In this document: one piece after another, positions 32,671-40,937 of the stretch | Numbering within the stretch: the first letter of the stretch is position 1 | Layout of the letters: the number at the start of each line of letters is the position of its first letter | The notes under the pieces: model-generated | What the model saw: only the letters and a program-made list of their open reading frames with translations | Database searches by the model: none | What the model was told of the DNA's origin: nothing | Made by a program: the position numbers and the translations under genes | Virus record (IMG/VR): IMGVR_UViG_3300027834_000002 | Coordinates: 1-44,145 of that record | Length of the DNA: 44,145 nt | Strand: one strand, 5' to 3' | Source: a virus

Positions 32671-34566
32671 TTATCCACATAATGAGAAACCACAAGCACG
32701 GCATTCTTTACAACCTCCACTGTGTATCATTGTCCCACCACATTTAGGACAATCACCCTCTGGGGTAATCGCAGCATGCCTGGCTAAGATACTACTTATA
32801 GCATCTGGTATTGATTTGATTAATCCACCTGGGGTTAAGGTCGGATCCCCACCAGCTATATCACTCAATTGGTTAATAATCTTTTCAACTGGGACACCAT
32901 TCTTCAAGCATAAACTGATTAGTCTACCTGTTGTTTCACTAAATGCTCTAACGCTATCACCTGACTTACCAACAGTCACGAAGACGTCATACAGTGAATT
33001 ATCGTACTCAGTAATGGTAACGTATAATGTTCCCTGACTTAACTTAATCCTATAAGTCTTACCATCTAGCCAATCTGGTCTTTCGCCAGTTCTTACGTTT
33101 ACTGCTTGGTCTTTAGATATTACATTTAATGCCTGTTGATCCCTACATCCATCCCTAAATACCGTTATACCTTTACATCTATACTCCCAAGCCATTATAT
33201 ATGCTGCTTTAATATCGTCTACTGTGGCATTGTTTGGCATATTAATTGTTTTAGATATTGAACTATCTATATACTTCTGAAATGCTGCCTGTATCTCTAT
33301 ATGACGTTCCCATGGTATTTCGTGGGCTGTCTTAAACACATCCGAAGGCATATCAGGGTCGTAATATTTATTTTGGTAAAAATAAACATTATCACCATCG
33401 GTAGTCTCCTTAGCATAGTTAACTGCAAAGATAGGCTCAACACCACTTGAGCAATCAGCTATCATACTTATAGATCCTGTTGGTGCTATAGTGGTTTTTG
33501 ATTCAAGCACTACACCTCCGGTATAAATGGTATTTATACCTAATATATTTACGATGTCTCCGGCAATAGCAACAGCCTCGTCTGAGTCATAGGGGACTTC
33601 CATCTGAATCAACATATCAGCGAACCCCATAATACCTAACCCAATTCGCTTGTTCCTTAATGTAGCTTCTTCGATTTCAGGTAATGGAAATTCTGTATGA
33701 TTTAACACCTCTTTGAGATAGTTAACTCCTACAAGGATTAAGTCTATAAGTTTATCCTCATCAATCTTACCGTCAGTAACGCAGTGGGCAAGGTTGATAG
33801 AGCCTAACACACATGACTCATAAGGTAGAAGAGGTTGTTCACCGCAAGCATTAGTAGCCGTAAATAACTCCTTACCATCACCTTCCCTATCTTTATTAAT
33901 AGTATCTATGAATATTATCCCTGGGTCACCAGTCTTGTGTGCTTGTGTAGCTATCTCATCAAATAGCTTATTCTCTAATTCATGCCCTAAAAGAACTCTT
34001 TTCATGAAATCATCAGTAACAGAAACTGATATATTAAAGTTTTGGAGTTTCTTGCCGTCTGATTTACAATGAATAAATTCTCTAATATCCTCATGACCTA
34101 CATCAAGGATTCCCATACTAGCTGCCCGTCTTCTACCTCCTGCTTTAATTTGGTTAGATGCTTCATCAAATACTTTCATAAAAGATACTGGCCCAGATGC
34201 TACTCCGTTGGTACTGAGTACCTTTGATGACTTACCTCTTAATGGTGAGAAGTTTATACCTATCCCACCACCATATTTAAATACTATTGCACATTGCTTA
34301 ACTGTTTCAAAAATATCTACTAAGTCATCCTTTATAGGTAAGACATGACATGCCGCAAGATACGGCGTATCAGTACCTACATTCATTAAGACCGGAGATG
34401 ATGGTAAGAAGTCGAGGTTAGCAATGGCTTGCCTAGTCTCATCCTTAAAATCATCGTCCACTATAGATACAAGCCTATCAACAAGGCCATTAAAGTCCTC
34501 ACCTTCTTGGTAATACCTTGACTGTAGTAGTTTCTCTGCGTTATCTGTTAATCCTTGTTTTTTCAA
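32671..34566 (-). CDS. nrdJ: Ribonucleotide reductase, class II (adenosylcobalamin-type) candidate (631 aa)
   Basis: RNR alpha motifs: LPSSPVLMNVGT, KYGGGIGINFSPLR, ASGPVSFMKVFD, GGRRRAA, the active site TNACGEQPL, and RIGLGIMGFADM. The C-terminal Cys-rich tail is CPKCGG...CKECRACG. No beta-subunit ORF exists anywhere in the genome. It appears to use a TTG start after AGGAAA. Confidence 0.85.
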   Translation of the reverse strand: MKKQGLTDNAEKLLQSRYYQEGEDFNGLVDRLVSIVDDDFKDETRQAIANLDFLPSSPVLMNVGTDTPYLAACHVLPIKDDLVDIFETVKQCAIVFKYGGGIGINFSPLRGKSSKVLSTNGVASGPVSFMKVFDEASNQIKAGGRRRAASMGILDVGHEDIREFIHCKSDGKKLQNFNISVSVTDDFMKRVLLGHELENKLFDEIATQAHKTGDPGIIFIDTINKDREGDGKELFTATNACGEQPLLPYESCVLGSINLAHCVTDGKIDEDKLIDLILVGVNYLKEVLNHTEFPLPEIEEATLRNKRIGLGIMGFADMLIQMEVPYDSDEAVAIAGDIVNILGINTIYTGGVVLESKTTIAPTGSISMIADCSSGVEPIFAVNYAKETTDGDNVYFYQNKYYDPDMPSDVFKTAHEIPWERHIEIQAAFQKYIDSSISKTINMPNNATVDDIKAAYIMAWEYRCKGITVFRDGCRDQQALNVISKDQAVNVRTGERPDWLDGKTYRIKLSQGTLYVTITEYDNSLYDVFVTVGKSGDSVRAFSETTGRLISLCLKNGVPVEKIINQLSDIAGGDPTLTPGGLIKSIPDAISSILARHAAITPEGDCPKCGGTMIHSGGCKECRACGFSLCG

Positions 34567-34596
34567 TTTAGAATATTTCCTATTTTTTTTTAATTA

Positions 34597-34625
34597 ATTG
34601 AATAGTATTTAGATTAATTTGTCAA
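34597..34625 (-). promoter_or_regulatory. Candidate sigma70-type promoter upstream of nrdJ (-35 TTGACA, 17-nt spacer, -10 TTCAAT)
   Basis: Minus-strand reading of plus tgtcaa (34620-34625) and attgaa (34597-34602), in the 67-bp AT-rich gap between the HNH gene and nrdJ. Confidence 0.35.
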
Positions 34626-34633
34626 GACTTATT

Positions 34634-35154
34634 TCAATTAAAAGATTTTATATCATCCAAAACGCAATGAGGTCTCTTATCAGCTTCTATTAGAGCATCT
34701 TTAACTCTACAAGCTCCTTCAAAAGCTTTATAACTGCCGTGATATTTTTGTTTACCTCCCTGACCTGTATGCTGAACATCCCACATTCCTTTGGATTTAT
34801 TAAAAGTAACACCTGATTTTCCGGATGTGTTATGGCTTTTTTCCTGAGAATTACAGTGGTGTCCTATTTCCATTAAGTTATCAATTCGATTATCATCCCG
34901 AACATGATTGATATGATGGATTTCATTTTCTGGAAAATATCCTTGAGTATAAAACCATGCAAGTCTATGTGTAAGGTAAGATTTACCGTTAGCTCTGATT
35001 TGTCGATAACCAGACACCTTATTTAAACTCCCAGCAAGCGCACCAGTTTTTACATTTTTTTTGCTACATCCTTTAACCAATAAAAGTTACCAGTATCGGG
35101 ATCGTACCTCAGAATTTCTTTTAATTCTTCCTGTGTTAATCGTGTCAGGCTCAT
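34634..35154 (-). pseudogene. HNH/AP2 homing endonuclease interrupted by a -1 frame change in an A8 run (would be about 173 aa if repaired or slipped)
   Basis: ATG 35154 (ATGA overlap with the upstream stop) gives MSLTRLTQEELKEILRYDPDTGNFYWLKDVAKK and then stops. Frame -1 continues NVKTGALAGS...HRLAWFYTQGYFPENEIHHINHVRDDNRIDNL...SGKSGVTFNKSKGMW. The join lies in the minus-strand run AAAAAAAA (35055-35062). The N-terminus matches the intact paralog at 38866. Confidence 0.8.
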
Positions 35155-35552
35155 TTGTCTCCCTTGTGAGAATATAAGGGGTGAACTCTAGCTTTATGTT
35201 TTTGTTTACGAATAGTGTCTGGATGTACTTGTATATGGAAATGTTTGCCTAAGCCAACATCATGATAAACACAGACCTGTATATATTTCCTTCTTGGATC
35301 ATAGATGAAAGCATCGTTAATAAGAGTAGCTATCCGCTCTGGGTCATCAAATACCCAACTCCTTACATCGACCGCACGTAAAGGTAGCTCACCATGTAGG
35401 TCGTCAGAGTGTCTCTTCTTCCTAGCTGACTCAGTTATGGTCAGCTCTATACCAGAGTCTAGTATGAACTGGATAACTTCCATCAGTATGGGATGAATCT
35501 CAACTGCGAATCCCATTAAGACTTCTTCATCTTTAAAGCTAATCTTCAACAT
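35151..35552 (-). CDS. Peptidase M15/LAS-family-like Zn hydrolase (133 aa), endolysin candidate
   Basis: The pattern GIELTITESARK...HSDDLHGELPLRAVDV...GKHFHIQVH parallels the H-x(n)-D and H-x-H metal ligands and the size of small L-Ala-D-Glu peptidase endolysins such as the T5 type. The comparison is from memory. Confidence 0.5.
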   Translation of the reverse strand: MLKISFKDEEVLMGFAVEIHPILMEVIQFILDSGIELTITESARKKRHSDDLHGELPLRAVDVRSWVFDDPERIATLINDAFIYDPRRKYIQVCVYHDVGLGKHFHIQVHPDTIRKQKHKARVHPLYSHKGDK

Positions 35553-35567
35553 TAACAGCTACTCCTT

Positions 35568-35714
35568 TTAACTATTTTCCTTGTCCGATTCCCTCATTGC
35601 ATCTATATAAAATGACATTGCTGCTTTTCTTATTACCTCCTTAGATCTCCTATCGGTTTCTTTGGCTGTATCTGAAAGCTTATCTCTCCTAAAGAATTTA
35701 AAGATATTAAACAT
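35568..35714 (-). CDS. Small hypothetical protein (48 aa, below the track cutoff)
   Basis: My translation is MFNIFKFFRRDKLSDTAKETDRRSKEVIRKAAMSFYIDAMRESDKENS*. It fills a gap and is followed by AAGGAG and the next ATG. Confidence 0.45.
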   Translation of the reverse strand: MFNIFKFFRRDKLSDTAKETDRRSKEVIRKAAMSFYIDAMRESDKENS

Positions 35715-35716
35715 TG

Positions 35717-35854
35717 CTATTCCTCACTATTTGCAATTTCTTGCTCCTCGAAGTTCTCTTTAGATACCATCTTCACATGCCCACATGATTTACATTTGAT
35801 AAGGTAACATCTCTTCTTAAGAAAACTATCCGGCTCATAAAACATGTAACCCAT
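35717..35854 (-). CDS. Small Cys-containing hypothetical protein (45 aa, below the track cutoff)
   Basis: My translation is MGYMFYEPDSFLKKRCYLIKCKSCGHVKMVSKENFEEQEIANSEE*. It fills a gap. Confidence 0.45.
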   Translation of the reverse strand: MGYMFYEPDSFLKKRCYLIKCKSCGHVKMVSKENFEEQEIANSEE

Positions 35855-35859
35855 ATCGG

Positions 35860-36045
35860 CTACGATTTGCTTGTCGTCTTCTCTAATTTTTTCCAAAAAT
35901 CTTCCTCCTCATTGATGATTCCAGTATCGAAAACACCTTTAAAGAACGTATCAATAAGCTCGTTAAAGGTCATAATTTTACAATCATCATTATCTTTAAG
36001 CGGTATCATTTCTATCTTATCGTCTTTCATGTAGCTCCTAGTCAT
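35860..36045 (-). CDS. Hypothetical acidic protein (61 aa)
   Basis: Track ORF with a 4-nt overlap with the upstream gene. Confidence 0.65.
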   Translation of the reverse strand: MTRSYMKDDKIEMIPLKDNDDCKIMTFNELIDTFFKGVFDTGIINEEEDFWKKLEKTTSKS

Positions 36046-36335
36046 ATTGGAAGTTCTTGTTTAAGGCCATGGTTCTTCTGAGCATCAAGCAATGAGGCTC
36101 TTAAGAGCGGTGTATCCATAGCATCCACACCGTTACAACCGTCATATCTAAATTTAAGTGTAATCACTCTCTTACCCGTAATCTTTCGCCCAAAGTCATC
36201 AGTCAAAAAGCTCAATGTATAATGTGTTTTATAATAATGAAATCTCATAATACAGCCATCTTTACCAAGGGTCTCTTGAGCATCTACACCTATTTCCGCT
36301 AACATATCTATTATCTTTCGTCTTTCTTCAGTCAT
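36042..36335 (-). CDS. Early paralog-family protein P6 (97 aa), distant copy
   Basis: RRKIIDMLAEIGVDAQ...IMRFHYYKTHYTLSF matches the family motif of the 3613-5836 cluster. Confidence 0.75.
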   Translation of the reverse strand: MTEERRKIIDMLAEIGVDAQETLGKDGCIMRFHYYKTHYTLSFLTDDFGRKITGKRVITLKFRYDGCNGVDAMDTPLLRASLLDAQKNHGLKQELPI

Positions 36336-36350
36336 TGTTTTATTCCTTTA

Positions 36351-36518
36351 TTACATTGATTCGTTTCCACCACCAGCAAAATATTTAGCATCAATCGCAT
36401 CGTATAGATCATCATACCTACCTATAATAACATTATCTGCTGGGTCTATATTAGATGTCTGGACTACCCAGTCTGGAGAATAAGGGTCTGTATCCTTGTG
36501 TATCACTATTCTTTTCAT
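36351..36518 (-). CDS. Small hypothetical protein (55 aa, below the track cutoff)
   Basis: My translation is MKRIVIHKDTDPYSPDWVVQTSNIDPADNVIIGRYDDLYDAIDAKYFAGGGNESM*. It overlaps the 3-prime 68 nt of the upstream ORF, so one of the two ends may be wrong. Confidence 0.45.
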   Translation of the reverse strand: MKRIVIHKDTDPYSPDWVVQTSNIDPADNVIIGRYDDLYDAIDAKYFAGGGNESM

Positions 36519-36762
36519 TTTGTTTTCCTATTTCAGGGTCCTTGTATAATAGCAAAGCTGCTCCACCATCTTTCAATATGATTGTTTCTATATATTCATA
36601 ATTGAAACGGCTATTAGTTAAGACCATATGTTCTATAGCTCTATATCGTTTCCCTGGTTCCTTAACTGGTACTGGGTTATCGTTCTTATATATTTTTACC
36701 AGCTCTTTCACTTTTTTTTTGGTAAAAAATATCGTTTCAGTTAAAATGTATTCCCTTAACAT
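36451..36762 (-). CDS. Hypothetical protein (103 aa; start moved to the SD-led ATG)
   Basis: ATG 36762 is preceded by GAGGA (AAAGAGGATATAATG). The track start 36801 has no SD. Confidence 0.7.
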   Translation of the reverse strand: MLREYILTETIFFTKKKVKELVKIYKNDNPVPVKEPGKRYRAIEHMVLTNSRFNYEYIETIILKDGGAALLLYKDPEIGKQNEKNSDTQGYRPLFSRLGSPDI

Positions 36763-37522
36763 TATATCCTCTTTAATAAAATTTAGGCATAGCTTTATCA
36801 TAAGACCGTAGTGGATACATAGTTACAGGGTTAAGCAAACCACCCACTTACTATATCCAAACAGTCACCAATACAATTCTTACACTCAGTAAAAATCACT
36901 GAGAAAATAATACAGGGTATCAATCCTACACTTTAAGATTAGCTATACTTTAAAACACACTCTTTATCAGGTACCTAATCAACTTCAGGAAAGGTGAGAA
37001 CCTGGGACACCAGTTTTATCTTTAAAGAAAGCTACCTTGACAGCTTGAATTCCACGTTTTGCATGTTTATCTAAATAAAGGAAAGCTAAAATTCCCCTTA
37101 CTTAACGCCCGTCTTAAGGCGGAGTGTTGTTTCTTTACTATTAAAAACATTTGTTGTCTTCCATACTTGTAGGAAGATTTTTAAGTCTCCCTTTTCAGGG
37201 AGGGTGAAACTAAGCCACTACTTTTTTAACGGCTTGCAAACCGTTCAGGTAAAGATTAGGTTGCTGTGAAAACCTGTATATACTAAATGCCTAATGCTAT
37301 AGCAATAGAACTATAACGTTCATGTTGACCTTAAGCCAAAGATTCATAGGCATATCCTTATCTAGTTCATAAAAGCTTTCAACGCTTTTATATTACCTTT
37401 TTATTTTAGAGCTAACTCTAAGGAAAAAGAAGGCACTTTAAAAACCTAATTATGTAATTCCTCTCTATACATTTGTCCAAGATAAGAGAGAATATAAGCT
37501 GTTTGCTTTACAAATCTAACTT
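36763..37522. other. 760-bp ORF-free, hairpin-rich intergenic region (candidate structured RNA or regulatory region)
   Basis: There is no minus-strand ORF of 60 aa or more. Many short stem-loops are present: ctcagt-aaaaatc-actgag (36885-36903), tcttcc-atacttgta-ggaaga followed by ttttta (37158-37184), ctccc-ttttca-gggag, aacgg-cttgcaaa-ccgtt, aggtt-gctgtgaa-aacct, and the palindrome tgctatagca. Confidence 0.7.
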
Positions 37523-37903
37523 CTATAGTATACGTGATATAATTTCATCGCCACTCTGTTGTTTAATTTGCTGCCCAACCCTTTTTGCTTTCATGTGTTT
37601 ATCTCCCATATCTATAGCATTTATAAGATCATCCTCTGAACATAGTGGATGTGTTTTGAGGTGAGCATCTCTTGCTTCGTAAGTATCATTAGTTGTTATA
37701 TCTCTACGGGTTATACCTTTTGATGAATAAAACCTTTTAAGCCTATGTACAACTCTATCGTATACAAGCAGGGTTGCAGTTTCACCAGTATCATGTAGCT
37801 CGATCCACATCATATTAGTTATTTCATCAATGAAAGTCCTGTCTGATCTAGCCTTAATATTCCTCCCTCTTAGAAATGCCATGATCTCATTATATCTTTC
37901 CAT
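37523..37903 (-). CDS. Hypothetical protein (126 aa)
   Basis: Track ORF with ATG preceded by GGAGG (CGGAGGTTTAATG). Confidence 0.8.
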   Translation of the reverse strand: MERYNEIMAFLRGRNIKARSDRTFIDEITNMMWIELHDTGETATLLVYDRVVHRLKRFYSSKGITRRDITTNDTYEARDAHLKTHPLCSEDDLINAIDMGDKHMKAKRVGQQIKQQSGDEIISRIL

Positions 37904-37913
37904 TAAACCTCCG

Positions 37914-38072
37914 TTACTTTAATCTCAATAATTGCCTTCCGTATCTATATATATCGATAGCTTCCTTTGTAGGGATATCATCATCCCTTAATACAAATTT
38001 AAGCACTTCCTCAACTATAACCCTTTCAAAAGGTTTCAGCTTCTTCGCACCCTCGAGATCGTATTTTTCCAT
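37914..38072 (-). CDS. Small hypothetical protein (52 aa, below the track cutoff)
   Basis: My translation is MEKYDLEGAKKLKPFERVIVEEVLKFVLRDDDIPTKEAIDIYRYGRQLLRLK*. Its ATG overlaps the upstream TAA (TAATG) and follows GGAGG. Confidence 0.6.
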   Translation of the reverse strand: MEKYDLEGAKKLKPFERVIVEEVLKFVLRDDDIPTKEAIDIYRYGRQLLRLK

Positions 38073-38866
38073 TAAACCTCCATGACTTTAATCTTAAACC
38101 TGCCTGATGATTGTGGCGTTATCGTAATCTCAAAACCACCAAGGGTTGTAGGTAGATAATTCGCAACCTCAGCATAACTTGTTGTACCCTCTTCTAAAGT
38201 TTTAAGAAAAGTACCGCACTCTATAATATACCTTTCTTTTGCTATGAAGTTGCTCTTGCCTGAAACAGAGAGCTGAGGATACGCTTTGAAGACTTTACCA
38301 TGTGAGTGACCGAAAAGGAACAAGTCTGCATCATATGACTTAAGATCTTTCTCGTACCTTGTTAAACTTGCTCCACCTGTTCTCCCTGCGCCATGACCAT
38401 GGTGCGCCCTGATCCTTACAGTGCGACCACCGTGGCCGCCTTTAGTTAAGACAAGCTTGTAGTAGCATGAATAACCAGCGTACGTCAAGCCTAGTGCCTT
38501 ACAGATGCGTTTAGTGGGGTTCGTACCGGAGTGTTTGAGTATGGTTTCTTCATGGTTCCCTGTTCCATAACCTATGAACTTATCTTTAATGGGGGTTAAG
38601 AGGTCGCATGCCATTTCTATCTGGTCATCAATTATTGCGGAAGACTTTGTCTTGTCTATGGCCTTGGAGTATCTAGGATCCTTAGTCCCGATTGCATCTA
38701 CTATGTCTCCTCCCCCAATGTAAAATAAATTGTCATCCTTGCATGAGATGAAAGATTTGAACGCTGCTTCATCAGCAAGCTTGTTACCTAAATGTACGTC
38801 AAAAATTGGCCGCAGCCTGATACTTTTAAACTCTGAATAGTTAATCCGTCTGTAGATTATCTCCAT
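38072..38866 (-). CDS. Calcineurin-like metallophosphoesterase (264 aa)
   Basis: It carries the full MPP motif set: DVHLG, GGGDIVD, GNHE, HHGHG, GHSH. Confidence 0.85.
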   Translation of the reverse strand: MEIIYRRINYSEFKSIRLRPIFDVHLGNKLADEAAFKSFISCKDDNLFYIGGGDIVDAIGTKDPRYSKAIDKTKSSAIIDDQIEMACDLLTPIKDKFIGYGTGNHEETILKHSGTNPTKRICKALGLTYAGYSCYYKLVLTKGGHGGRTVRIRAHHGHGAGRTGGASLTRYEKDLKSYDADLFLFGHSHGKVFKAYPQLSVSGKSNFIAKERYIIECGTFLKTLEEGTTSYAEVANYLPTTLGGFEITITPQSSGRFKIKVMEV

Positions 38867-39357
38867 TAGTCTTCTCCTGTAAAGCAGGTTAAAAATTTCG
38901 CTCGCACGGTTTTGTTTACGAAAAAAGCTTGGGTAAAATCCTGGTAGGAACCGTAATATATTCCTCTATACCTTACTCTCCATTTTTTACCCTTCTTTCT
39001 CCAGCGAATCCCAGTTACGCCAGACGTATTGTTGACCTGGACACCCCTGTTTTGCATATTGCACGCATGTGTCGCATGTCTTAAGTTTACCCAGCGATCA
39101 TCTATTCGGACTCTGTTCCAGTGATCCACTTGATGCTCCGGAAAATAACCCTCCATATATAGAAATGCCAGGCGTGCTCGTCTATAGAGCTTATTATTAG
39201 TTCTTATTCGCCAATATCCATCAGATCCTAACCCACCAGCAGTGTCTCCAGGTTTAATTATATTACTACGAGCAACCAACCACACCATCTCACCAGTCTC
39301 CGGATCGTACCTCAACAGCTCCTTAAGTCTCTTCTGTGTTAACTTTTTCTTACCCAT
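38866..39357 (-). CDS. HNH homing endonuclease with AP2-like DNA-binding domain (163 aa), the intact copy
   Basis: N-terminus KLTQKRLKELLRYDPETG, HNH core HQVDHWNRVRIDDRWVNLRHATHACN, then SGVTGIRWRKKGKKWRV (AP2-like). It is free-standing between unrelated genes. Confidence 0.85.
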   Translation of the reverse strand: MGKKKLTQKRLKELLRYDPETGEMVWLVARSNIIKPGDTAGGLGSDGYWRIRTNNKLYRRARLAFLYMEGYFPEHQVDHWNRVRIDDRWVNLRHATHACNMQNRGVQVNNTSGVTGIRWRKKGKKWRVRYRGIYYGSYQDFTQAFFVNKTVRAKFLTCFTGED

Positions 39358-39611
39358 TCATCCTCCTTACCATGCTTTCTCCTTATCATCTCTATTTTGC
39401 AATTACCTTTAAATGAACCTTTAGCTATAATTTTAATAATCTTTCCACGCTTAATGATGATATCTATATCACCATCTTCATGTCTTAACATACAATCAAT
39501 AGACATCTTGTCTTCTATAGCTATTTCTAGGGCTACACATAGGCGCTTCACCTCTCGCGTGCGGTATTCTCCATGGTAGACCATGTCGTCTTTTATAGCT
39601 CTACGTTTCAC
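39339..39611 (-). CDS. Hypothetical protein (90 aa), GTG start
   Basis: Track ORF whose end overlaps the HNH gene start by 19 nt. Confidence 0.65.
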   Translation of the reverse strand: MKRRAIKDDMVYHGEYRTREVKRLCVALEIAIEDKMSIDCMLRHEDGDIDIIIKRGKIIKIIAKGSFKGNCKIEMIRRKHGKEDEWVRKS

Positions 39612-39621
39612 AGTGTTCCTT

Positions 39622-39861
39622 TTAACTATATTTAATTTGATCTATATCAGATGCCGTCATTGGAACAGCTAAGGTGTCAACAACCTCACCACGTTTGAAG
39701 ACTAAGCAAAGATATCCGTTGATCGTTCCCAGGCTTAGCTCTGCTGTTAGCTTATTTTTAACAGCAGCCTCTACGGCTATAATAAATAAAGATAATTCAT
39801 CTGTCTCATATTCGTGAAACCTATTTAATTCACCTAGTACCATATCGTTTACTATGTTCAT
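39622..39861 (-). CDS. Hypothetical protein (79 aa; start moved to the SD-led ATG)
   Basis: ATG 39861 is preceded by AAAGGAGGTTGT. The longer track ORF would overlap the upstream gene. Confidence 0.7.
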   Translation of the reverse strand: MNIVNDMVLGELNRFHEYETDELSLFIIAVEAAVKNKLTAELSLGTINGYLCLVFKRGEVVDTLAVPMTASDIDQIKYS

Positions 39862-39871
39862 ACAACCTCCT

Positions 39872-40225
39872 TTAATATAAATTATCAGACATAAGTTCAA
39901 AAAAATCATCCAGATCCATACATACAACTGGTTTAGTTCTATTCTTTCCCATGACCAGCAACCACATAGTGCCAGGCATTACGTTGCTCTTGGCCTGATC
40001 TATGAATGATGGCATAGTCCATTTCTCGCAGTTCTTACACTCAATACTGAACGGGAACTTATCTCTAGCTTCGCCTATTAGCTTAACGTCTACTCCGGAT
40101 TGTGACATCTCTCTTGACTCTATCAAGCAGTCTTTACCATGAGGTATCCCTGTTAGTTCAGATATCTTCTGAGCTACCAACTTCTGTAGTTTGCGCCCCT
40201 TAGCTTTACATGATGATGTTTTCAT
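39872..40225 (-). CDS. PD-(D/E)XK nuclease (117 aa), Holliday-junction-resolvase-like
   Basis: The pattern KGRKLQKLVAQKI...GVDVKL...FSIECKN has the G..(E/Q)..V helix followed by D...ExK, as in Hjc/VRR-NUC-type nucleases. It has a 1-nt overlap with the ThyA-like gene. Confidence 0.55.
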   Translation of the reverse strand: MKTSSCKAKGRKLQKLVAQKISELTGIPHGKDCLIESREMSQSGVDVKLIGEARDKFPFSIECKNCEKWTMPSFIDQAKSNVMPGTMWLLVMGKNRTKPVVCMDLDDFFELMSDNLY

Positions 40226-40896
40226 TATCTAAATATACTCCCACTTGGTAGGTGAAGTAACTGTTCAACAACATCTGCTTGATGATCGTATATGTGGCAA
40301 CCAGAACTGGTATAGTATATTGGCCCGTCATCAAGCAACGATTCAAAGGCAATCATATCCTTTATAATTGATAGAGATGCTATGTTGGCCAGGTAAGCAT
40401 TGTATATATCATTAGATCTGAAAGTCACATATCCATTCAGCTTACCACTGACAACCTTGAGCTCCATCTCCCTTAAGCATGGTGGATGCTCCAGTTTCAT
40501 ATCAGATGGCTGAGCCACTTGCAACACAACCTGATTTGTCTGTGGGTTATTCCTTAATATATCTATGGCTATATCTATTTGGTCACCAATACGTTCTCCG
40601 TAGCTGTAATCTTCACCTTCCTTCTTGGTGTCTACCAATAAGTCTAAGACATATTTCCCTAGAAAGTCATCATCAACAGGGTTAGGGATAGAAATACCTT
40701 CAGGTATTGCATTAACCATAGTATTACGATTCCCATTGTAAGGGAACTTTATCTCTATCATTGCCATATCTAGTTGCTTGCGATAGGATCCTTCAAAGGA
40801 ACCCCTATCTATTTTATATATGTAGCCTTCTGTAGCTATAGCTCTTAGTAGTTGATTGAAACTATCTGGTATGTCTCTACATATTGCTGTAAACAT
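40225..40896 (-). CDS. Thymidylate synthase (ThyA) family enzyme, short form (223 aa): TS or pyrimidine hydroxymethylase
   Basis: It aligns by eye to the E. coli ThyA core: YGERIG (YGxQW), DQIDIAIDILRNNPQTNQ (DQI..V...L..DP.SRR), catalytic HPPCL (APCH), FRSNDIYNAYLANIAS (QRSCDVFLGLPFNIAS, Asn retained) and GCHIYDHQ (DTHLYSNH). Confidence 0.8.
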   Translation of the reverse strand: MFTAICRDIPDSFNQLLRAIATEGYIYKIDRGSFEGSYRKQLDMAMIEIKFPYNGNRNTMVNAIPEGISIPNPVDDDFLGKYVLDLLVDTKKEGEDYSYGERIGDQIDIAIDILRNNPQTNQVVLQVAQPSDMKLEHPPCLREMELKVVSGKLNGYVTFRSNDIYNAYLANIASLSIIKDMIAFESLLDDGPIYYTSSGCHIYDHQADVVEQLLHLPSGSIFR

Positions 40897-40937
40897 ATAA
40901 ACCTCCTGTTATGGCGGAGTTACCCGCCTATTAGTTA

